Shown here one piece after another: positions 57,272-64,000 of a stretch of DNA of 64,000 nt. This stretch comes from an uncultured Lentimicrobiaceae bacterium. Lineage in GTDB: Bacteria; Bacteroidota; Bacteroidia; Bacteroidales; SKPS01. The stretch covers positions 1,298 to 65,297 of the forward strand of contig CAZZBS010000001.1 of the NCBI GenBank assembly GCA_964652685.1. The letters run 5' to 3'. The position numbers were made by a program, and so were the translations under genes. Numbering within the stretch: position 1 is the first letter of the stretch; the number at the start of each line of letters is the position of its first letter. The notes below the pieces were generated by a model, which was given only the letters and a program-made list of their open reading frames with translations, had not been told where the DNA came from and did not search any database.

Positions 57272-57402
57272 GTAATTAACCGTTAAAATACAGGCAAAAG
57301 ATTCTTTTGTACTTTTATGCCAGAAGACTTACTTGTGCAATTATAGTGAAAGCTTTCAAAATCAATGAAATATTTTCCAGACGCTTTTTTCTATACAATC
57401 TT

Positions 57403-58869
57403 ATGCTGTGGATTGGGATAGTCCTTGCATACCTGTTGGCCTGTTCATGGATCCACACACTCCAGCGAAATGGCAACTGGACGAGCACCAAAACCAGCCT
57501 TGAAAAAGGGGTCATGGGTGCCTGGTCGTTCATGCTTACCCACCGGGCACTGGCAAACAGCCATCTTGACCTGGGTACCTGGCATGGATTCCAGGAGGTG
57601 TTTTATCATCAACCGATCCAATATCAACAACTTCAGTTCGATTTTAAACTTGCAGAAAACAGTTGTCTTATCTGCTATTATGCCGGTAAATCCGACACGT
57701 TATTTGCTGTCAGGATCTCGAATCATCCTGTTTATGTACCTGCAACCCTGACAATCGTTAACAGTGCTTTCATCAAGAAAACACCGATTCATCTTTCTGA
57801 CCTGAAAGCAGACTGGAACACCTTTTCAATCAGTAATCTCCATGACACCCTGATACTGTCCCTGAATCATGGTATCGGCCTGAAGGTCCCAATTCCCTCA
57901 GATATCACCACCAACAGGATCGGATTCAGAGGATATGAAAATCCGGTTTGGATCGATAACATCGTGGCAACAGATCCGAACGGCAAGGCTCTCTTCAGAG
58001 AAAAATTCCGCATGCCCTTCCCACACTGGCCGGTAATCATTCTCTTAATACTGTGTGCCAATCTATTGTATCTATTCCTGCCGCGCCTGAGGCCACTGTT
58101 GCTGATTGCTGTGGTCAATATTTCCCTGATCCTGACCTTTATTGCCTTATTTTATTTCTTCCGCGGCCAAAATCTGTATCCACAGGAATGGATGATCAAC
58201 TGGCAACAAAAAACCACCACCATTGAAACCAAAGCTGAAGCAAACAAAGCTATCGAAGGAAAGATGAAAGGCTGGAAACAGACCGGTAAAACCATGATCA
58301 TGTTTTTGGGCACCTCACAGACCTGGGGTGCAGGAGCTACCACTGAAAACATGGCATTCACAGAAAGGTTCTGTCAAATGGCCAACCAGAATGAAAACCT
58401 GAATGTTACCTGTATTAACACGGGTATCTCAGGAATAAACTCCGATACCATTATCTCCTATTATCAAAACCTGTGGATACAACATGAACCGGATATCTGC
58501 ATTATAAACCTTTCGGTGAACGATGCAGGCAATCCCCGATTTGCTGCAAACCTGGAGAGAATAACAGATATCAACCGGTCATCCGGTATAACAACCGTAC
58601 TGATCCCTGAGCCAATATACGGATCTGTTAAGGAGATTACGTTGAATCATAAAATCATTGCCTACCTTGCCGCCAAAAACCAGCTGCCATTAATTGATGT
58701 ATCTGTTCACCTGCAAAAACATGCGGATGATGGTTTTCTCTACTGGGACTTCGTTCACCTGACCGACTTTGGCCATGCTTTGTTTGCAGAAAAACTTTAT
58801 CAGGAAATATCTGAATTATTAAAAGAAACGACCAGTCAAAATAAATCATCATGTCTTCCAAATCATTGA
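57403..58869 (+). CDS. Membrane protein with jelly-roll (DUF1080/LamG-like) domain and C-terminal SGNH/GDSL hydrolase domain
   Basis: SGNH blocks: IMFLGTSQTWGAG (I), NTGISGINSD (II), IINLSVNDAG (III), DFVHLTDFGH (V). The preceding domain ends IGFRGYENPVWIDNIVATD. Two TM segments. The ATG at 57403 is preferred to the listed TTG at 57307. Confidence 0.65.
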   Translation: MLWIGIVLAYLLACSWIHTLQRNGNWTSTKTSLEKGVMGAWSFMLTHRALANSHLDLGTWHGFQEVFYHQPIQYQQLQFDFKLAENSCLICYYAGKSDTLFAVRISNHPVYVPATLTIVNSAFIKKTPIHLSDLKADWNTFSISNLHDTLILSLNHGIGLKVPIPSDITTNRIGFRGYENPVWIDNIVATDPNGKALFREKFRMPFPHWPVIILLILCANLLYLFLPRLRPLLLIAVVNISLILTFIALFYFFRGQNLYPQEWMINWQQKTTTIETKAEANKAIEGKMKGWKQTGKTMIMFLGTSQTWGAGATTENMAFTERFCQMANQNENLNVTCINTGISGINSDTIISYYQNLWIQHEPDICIINLSVNDAGNPRFAANLERITDINRSSGITTVLIPEPIYGSVKEITLNHKIIAYLAAKNQLPLIDVSVHLQKHADDGFLYWDFVHLTDFGHALFAEKLYQEISELLKETTSQNKSSCLPNH

Positions 58870-59249
58870 TAAGATTGACCTTCAACCGGAAACAGAACAC
58901 GGATGCCGGAATGGCCCTGGTACTCCTGATGCTGTTAACAGGGTATTTCACCGGCAATACAGTCTGGTATATCGTTTCCATTCCGGTGCTTTTCATCACC
59001 ATGGCACTACCGGGAACCTTGTACCCGTTCTCTGTCATCTGGTTTAACCTGTCGGAACTTGCAGGGAACATCCTGTCAAAAGCGGTGCTGACGCTGGTTT
59101 ATTGCCTGCTGGTTGTTCCGGTTGGGATCATCCGTCGTATGACCGGCCGGGATGTATTAAAACTGAAACAGTTTAAAAGGAATGACCATTCGGTATTGTT
59201 AACCCGAAATATTGAATATTCAAGGGATGATATCATCCATCCTTTTTAA
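58851..59249 (+). CDS. SxtJ-family small membrane protein
   Basis: 132 aa and polytopic. It precedes the DUF5989-like peptide and the carbamoyltransferase, as in sxtI-J-K-type trios. Confidence 0.65.
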   Translation: MSSKSLIRLTFNRKQNTDAGMALVLLMLLTGYFTGNTVWYIVSIPVLFITMALPGTLYPFSVIWFNLSELAGNILSKAVLTLVYCLLVVPVGIIRRMTGRDVLKLKQFKRNDHSVLLTRNIEYSRDDIIHPF

Positions 59250-59264
59250 CGCACTTATTTTACA

Positions 59265-59414
59265 ATGGAAACATTAAGAGATATCTGGGGATTCGTGAAA
59301 GCCAGAAGAAAATACTGGCTCCTTCCGTTGATCTTTTTATTGCTCCTGCTTGGTTTTCTGATTATCCTATCAACGGGATCGGCAGTTGCACCTTTCATCT
59401 ATTCACTCTTCTGA
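59265..59414 (+). CDS. DUF5989-family small membrane protein (49 aa; not in the supplied ORF track)
   Basis: Translated by hand: METLRDIWGFVKARRKYWLLPLIFLLLLLGFLIILSTGSAVAPFIYSLF. This closely follows the family pattern ...W.F...RKKWWLLPI...LL.G.L......SA.APFIY.LF. Confidence 0.75.
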   Translation: METLRDIWGFVKARRKYWLLPLIFLLLLLGFLIILSTGSAVAPFIYSLF

Positions 59415-59423
59415 AAAGCCATC

Positions 59424-61289
59424 ATGAGCAAATCCATCGTTATCCTTGGCATCTCAGCTTTTTACCATGATAGTGCAGCAGCCATTCTCGTTGACGGGAA
59501 AATCATAGCTGCAGCCCAGGAAGAGAGATTCACACGAAAAAAGCATGATGCTTCCTTCCCTGTGAACGCAGTCAGATATGTACTGGATGAAGCCGGTGTT
59601 TCATTTGACCAACTTTCATGTGTGGTGTTTTATGACAAACCCCTTATCAAATTTGAACGCCTCCTGGAAACCTTCCACGCATTTGCACCGAAAGGATTAA
59701 GGGTATTTGCTACCGCCATGCCAGTCTGGATCAGGGAGAAGCTCTTTTTGAAACACCTATTGCGCAAGGAACTTGCCCGGTTTGGCAAAAAAAAGATACC
59801 GGTACTATTCCCTGAACATCATCTTTCCCATGCTGCAAGTGCGTTTTATCCTTCCCCATTCAGAAAGGCAGCCATTCTGACCCTGGACGGAGTAGGCGAA
59901 TGGGCAACCACGACGATTGGCATCGGAGAAGGGAATAGCATAAAGATTCTTAACGAGCTGCACTTTCCACACTCTCTGGGTTTATTATATTCTGCCTTTA
60001 CCTATTATTTGGGATTCACCGTTAACAGCGGGGAATACAAGCTGATGGGACTGGCACCCTACGGTCATCCTGATGCGGATGAAACGAAAAGTTTTATAAA
60101 GATCATAAAGAGCCAACTGGTTGATATTCGGAAAGATGGTTCTTTTTTAATGAATATGAAACATTTCCGTTTCCCCACCGGTTTTTATATGGTCAATCAC
60201 AGGTCATGGGCTAAACTGTTTGGTATCCCTCCAAGGGCACCTGAATCTGAAATAGGGCAGGTTCATATGAACCTTGCGTCTGCTATTCAGCAAGTAACAG
60301 AAGAGATCGTGATGAAGCTTGCTGAAACGGCCAGGATACTTACCGGTTGCGAAAATCTGGTCATGGCCGGGGGGGGTGCCCTAAACAGTGTTGCAAACGG
60401 AAAGCTGCTGAAAAGTGGCCTGTACAAGGAAGTATGGATCCAGCCTGCGGCAGGAGACGCTGGAGGTGCTCTGGGAGCAGCGCTAACCGGCTGGCATATC
60501 TGGTTAGGCCATGAAAGGCCCCATCCAGATCAGCCTGATGCTATGAGCGGGGCATTGCTGGGCCCGGCATTTTCTGAAAAACAAATTCTTGATGTGGCAC
60601 ACCGATATGGTGCTCCTTACCGGAAATTTGATGTCAGCGGGGAACTGGAAAGGAGGGTTGCAGAAAAAATCGCTGAAGGAAAGGTCATCGGTTGGTTTCA
60701 GGGCAGGATGGAATTTGGCCCCCGCGCTCTGGGAAACAGAAGTATCCTGGGAGATCCCAGAAACCCCGAGATGCAGAAACGACTTAACCTGAAGATCAAA
60801 TTCCGTGAAGGATTCCGGCCCTTTGCACCTTCGGTTCTCGAGGAAGACATTGCAATGTGGTTCGGGTGCGACGTACCCTCCCCTTATATGCTCCACGTGG
60901 TCCCTGTAAAAAACAATATATTGAAACCCATCCCACCCCCCAACCGGGATATGAGCCTCCTCGAAAGACTGTACCTCCAACGTTCAGATCTGCCTGCCAT
61001 CACCCACGTTGACAACTCCGCCCGTATTCAGACTGTCAGCCAACATACCAACGAGCGTTATTGGCGTCTGTTAAATGAGTTCAAGAAGCTGACCGGTTAT
61101 GGTGTCCTGATCAACACCAGCTTTAATGTACGTGGTGAACCCATCGTCTGCTCCCCCGAAGAGGCATTCCGGTGCTTCATGCGTACCGACATGGATCTGC
61201 TGGTCATGGGAAACCTTCTGTTCGATAAAGCCGATTTAGGTGAACTGCTCAAAGATTCAGACTGGAAAGAGGAATTCGGCAGAGATTGA
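59424..61289 (+). CDS. Carbamoyltransferase (NodU/CmcH/SxtI family)
   Basis: ILGISAFYHDSAAAILVDGKIIAAAQEERFTRKKHDASFP N-terminus and C-terminal NTSFNVRGEPIVCSPEEA. 621 aa. Confidence 0.9.
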   Translation: MSKSIVILGISAFYHDSAAAILVDGKIIAAAQEERFTRKKHDASFPVNAVRYVLDEAGVSFDQLSCVVFYDKPLIKFERLLETFHAFAPKGLRVFATAMPVWIREKLFLKHLLRKELARFGKKKIPVLFPEHHLSHAASAFYPSPFRKAAILTLDGVGEWATTTIGIGEGNSIKILNELHFPHSLGLLYSAFTYYLGFTVNSGEYKLMGLAPYGHPDADETKSFIKIIKSQLVDIRKDGSFLMNMKHFRFPTGFYMVNHRSWAKLFGIPPRAPESEIGQVHMNLASAIQQVTEEIVMKLAETARILTGCENLVMAGGGALNSVANGKLLKSGLYKEVWIQPAAGDAGGALGAALTGWHIWLGHERPHPDQPDAMSGALLGPAFSEKQILDVAHRYGAPYRKFDVSGELERRVAEKIAEGKVIGWFQGRMEFGPRALGNRSILGDPRNPEMQKRLNLKIKFREGFRPFAPSVLEEDIAMWFGCDVPSPYMLHVVPVKNNILKPIPPPNRDMSLLERLYLQRSDLPAITHVDNSARIQTVSQHTNERYWRLLNEFKKLTGYGVLINTSFNVRGEPIVCSPEEAFRCFMRTDMDLLVMGNLLFDKADLGELLKDSDWKEEFGRD

Positions 61290-61412
61290 TTCACAGTTCA
61301 TGACTACCGGCTAACAACCCGGAAAAACCGAGCACTTCCTCATCCTGTAAATCCTGTAACCCTGTCTGAAAATTGATGTACAGGATCAACCTGAAAGGGA
61401 AAAATGACCGGT

Positions 61413-62066
61413 TCAGATAATCCTGTACACCAGCCATGCATAGAGGTAAAAACGTACAATCCTGGATAAAGCCCAGAAAAGGTAGCGCTTGTAATCATAC
61501 TCAATAAGGCCTGCAACCATGCTGGCAATTGAGAATGGAAGCGGTAGAAAAGCACTTGAGACAATCATGAATCCACCCCAACGTCGAAGGTTACGAATAT
61601 GCTTCGCCCACGTAAGCTTTACATACCGTGTGACAGCCGGAATTGTCAGGATCATCCGCCCGATATAGTAAGAAACTGATCCCCCCATATAGGCCAGTAA
61701 GGCAAGTCCGGTAAGATGAACCCATGGTGCATCAGCTTTGGCGCTCCAGGCTATGAATATCTCAGGAGGCAGAAGACCCAGCAATGATTCTGAGATGAAA
61801 AAGACAGTGAAGACCAGAAAGGCGGAAAGGGTGTCAGTGGCATTTTCAAGGACAAGATTAAGATCTACAATGAATCGGTCAACAATAAAAACCAGCAATA
61901 ACAATCCCGCTACAGGCAGTACCGCATTTCTTAGCGTTTTTATGATAAAAGAATAGAATCCCGTATAGTTATAATACTGGTGTAGAAGTTTTAACCTCGA
62001 CTTCTGCCTCTTTGGCCTGCCGTTCTTCTGCTTTAATGGCAGTACTGATCCCCGCACCGTTCCCAT
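61413..62066 (-). CDS. DedA/YqaA-like (VTT-domain) membrane protein
   Basis: Polytopic. LLGLLPPEIFIAW ... FLPLPFSIASMVAGLIEYDYKRYLFWALSRIVRFYLYAWLVY. ATG at 62066; the listed GTG is at 62075. Confidence 0.6.
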   Translation of the reverse strand: MGTVRGSVLPLKQKNGRPKRQKSRLKLLHQYYNYTGFYSFIIKTLRNAVLPVAGLLLLVFIVDRFIVDLNLVLENATDTLSAFLVFTVFFISESLLGLLPPEIFIAWSAKADAPWVHLTGLALLAYMGGSVSYYIGRMILTIPAVTRYVKLTWAKHIRNLRRWGGFMIVSSAFLPLPFSIASMVAGLIEYDYKRYLFWALSRIVRFYLYAWLVYRII

Positions 62067-62333
62067 CGTTAACACGCTGTTAACACCTTAATTTCGTTCA
62101 TTCTTCTGCAAAATTACCTGTTATCATGTTTAGCCGTCGGATATAGAGTTTTCTTATGAATTTTTAACATTTTCCCTGCCCGGCCCAATGACTCCAGGAA
62201 TAACGCCTGACGGCTATGAATGTTCGGTCAGTTCTATAACAGCATTAAAAGGGAAAAATTGTAGCACACCGATTTTAACAGGACAATGTGGATAATTGCT
62301 CCATCGGGAACAGATGCCCATCCCGCTGAAGCC

Positions 62334-62341
62334 TATTTTTG
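62334..62341 (+). promoter_or_regulatory. Candidate -7 box TATTTTTG
   Basis: 18 nt upstream of the ATG at 62359. Confidence 0.3.
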
Positions 62342-62358
62342 CATAAAACTCAGGTGAA

Positions 62359-63315
62359 ATGAGATGGGCTCCTTTCCTTTTCTGCTTGCTTCTGATCGCT
62401 AATCCAGGCTATGCCGGATCTTCAAGCCATGATTCTCTGAAGAACATGACCACGGAAGAATACATCATCAGGTATAGTCCTATTGCAATAAAACACATGA
62501 AGGAATATGGCATACCAGCCAGCATCACCCTGGCACAGGGGATCCTTGAGTCAGCATCCGGAAATAGCGATCTGGCCATGAATGCCAATAACCATTTTGG
62601 TATAAAATGCCATAAAGACTGGGGTGGGGATACATACCATAAAGATGATGATGAAAAAAATGAATGTTTCAGAAAATACAAAAATCCTGAAGCCTCATTC
62701 ACCGACCATGCCCTCTTCCTGTCCACACGCAGCCGTTATGCCACTCTCTTTGAACTCAGCTTAACCGACTATAAAGGATGGGCCCACGGACTCAAAGCTG
62801 CCGGCTATGCTACCAATCCCACCTATGCCGAACGGCTTATCAACCTTATTGAAAAGTATGAACTTTATCAATATGATTCCGGAACAAAAAAGAAAAAGCG
62901 TCTGTTCAACAGACACCAAAAAAGGCCTCATGTAAATCCCGGTAAAGATGAAACGGCTCAGGCGACCGGTCAGGGCCCCAGGGAAATAAAGATCAACAAT
63001 GGCGTGAAATACATTGTGGTACAACCAGGTGATCAAATTCAGACACTCTCGCAATTATTGGATATCCGCCCGTGGATGCTCAGGAAATATAACGACCTGC
63101 CGAAAGATACCGCCGTCAATGCAGGTGATATAATCTATTTACAAAGTAAAAAGCGGAAAGGTGCAGTGCAGGATCATATTGTGAAAGAGGGTGAGACCTT
63201 ACATTCCATATCACAGTTGTATGGTATCAGACTGTCAGACCTGTGTGCTAAAAACAACCTGGAAACCGATGACACATTAATTCCCGGAACAAGACTTAAG
63301 CTTCGGAAAAAGTAG
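62359..63315 (+). CDS. Secreted N-acetylglucosaminidase-domain protein with two LysM repeats
   Basis: IPASITLAQGILESASGNSDLAMNANNHFGIKC (glucosaminidase). LysM-like YIVVQPGDQIQTLSQLL... and HIVKEGETLHSISQLYGIRLSDL... Confidence 0.85.
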   Translation: MRWAPFLFCLLLIANPGYAGSSSHDSLKNMTTEEYIIRYSPIAIKHMKEYGIPASITLAQGILESASGNSDLAMNANNHFGIKCHKDWGGDTYHKDDDEKNECFRKYKNPEASFTDHALFLSTRSRYATLFELSLTDYKGWAHGLKAAGYATNPTYAERLINLIEKYELYQYDSGTKKKKRLFNRHQKRPHVNPGKDETAQATGQGPREIKINNGVKYIVVQPGDQIQTLSQLLDIRPWMLRKYNDLPKDTAVNAGDIIYLQSKKRKGAVQDHIVKEGETLHSISQLYGIRLSDLCAKNNLETDDTLIPGTRLKLRKK

Positions 63316-63328
63316 CTCCACCGATAAA

Positions 63329-64000
63329 TCAGATGGAGGGTATACTTTGCTTTTTTTCTGTGCGCCCGATCAGCCAATTTACCCCTGTCAGAAATCCGAA
63401 CTGCTTTGATGATAATGGATCCACAAAGAAAAGGATATTATCGGAGATCAGGTAATACTGCATAGGACCCAGTTTAAGGGCTATGCCAGCTCCCACATTG
63501 CGATAATTTCCCCGTTCGATCCCATAATTGGCCGAAAGGCTTAATACCCTTCCAAAGCGATGATTGTAGGAAAGGGTTACCCTGGGGAACCATCCCCCAT
63601 GATAGAACTGGTTCTGCCATAATAGTCCCACCACATCATCCCGCGTCAGATAGAATCCGAAACCAGCATTCCATGAAGTTTGCAGCCGCTGACTATATGA
63701 CTGATAGGTAGTATCAACCTTGAATATGTCTGCAATGGAATCAAGCAGTTCCTCGAAATCCGGCTCCGAAGCGGTGTCCCCAATGACCATACTGCTAAAG
63801 TCAAAACCATCAAACGTAAAGGTACCTGTAGATTGCAGATTGGTGGGGTTGCCCTGCCATCTGATGTAGCCAATGTCATTGACAGATGCTGAAAAAAGAA
63901 ATCGCTCCATAAACAGATAACTGACCCCAAGATCGAAACCCAGGCCCCTGTTTTTATTCACATAAGCCAATCCCTCCTTCTTCAACATGTCTGCATCATA
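63329..64000 (-). CDS. Outer-membrane beta-barrel-like hypothetical protein; N-terminus lies outside the window
   Basis: The frame stays open upstream of the listed Met to the window edge (YDADMLKKEG...). Gly/aromatic beta-strand pattern (LGFDLGVSYLF, NAGFGFYL, VGAGIALKLG). Confidence 0.5.
   Translation of the reverse strand, partial: YDADMLKKEGLAYVNKNRGLGFDLGVSYLFMERFLFSASVNDIGYIRWQGNPTNLQSTGTFTFDGFDFSSMVIGDTASEPDFEELLDSIADIFKVDTTYQSYSQRLQTSWNAGFGFYLTRDDVVGLLWQNQFYHGGWFPRVTLSYNHRFGRVLSLSANYGIERGNYRNVGAGIALKLGPMQYYLISDNILFFVDPLSSKQFGFLTGVNWLIGRTEKKQSIPSI

Overview
The window reads as a chromosomal segment of a Bacteroidota-type genome. Two proteins end in T9SS C-terminal sorting domains and a third, a FISUMP-domain protein, carries one internally. 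TAnnTTTG -7 boxes sit in front of many genes. An AOR-family oxidoreductase and a membrane pyrophosphatase suggest an anaerobe. I count about 50 protein genes and one tRNA-Glu(UUC), with no rRNA, CRISPR, integrase or transposase. Layout: (1) 0-2.6 kb, two stand-alone AAA+ ATPase genes embedded in unusual 8-bp tandem arrays. (2) 3-5.6 kb, a GT4 enzyme plus a priming phosphoglycosyltransferase. (3) 5.7-7.8 kb, an AOR-family enzyme. (4) 8-21.6 kb, a plus-strand envelope block that starts with a 1854-aa thioester (GCLEQ) alpha-2-macroglobulin and ends with PBP1C; a SPOR protein, an EF-hand beta-barrel protein, a T9SS-secreted papain-like protease and an M48 lipoprotein protease lie between them. 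(5) 21.6-37.4 kb, mixed housekeeping and secreted proteins: C69 dipeptidase, LytS/LytTR pair, YD-like repeat T9SS cargo, FAD protein, tRNA, H+-PPase, FISUMP protein. (6) 37.6-61.3 kb, a lower-GC glycan-assembly island of about 24 kb. The top candidate for an undescribed system lies inside that island. It combines a PqqD-like RRE protein, a McjD-like ABC exporter, an HPr-kinase-like P-loop domain fused to two GT2 domains, and an NTP_transf_5-type nucleotidyltransferase. This is the accessory set of kinase-type lasso-peptide clusters, but here there is no cyclase, leader protease or visible precursor. Its neighbours are two Wzy_C-domain fusion proteins, SGNH enzymes and an SxtI/J/K-like carbamoylation trio. 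All family assignments come from reading motifs in the translations. No searches were run, and family names and accessions are from memory.
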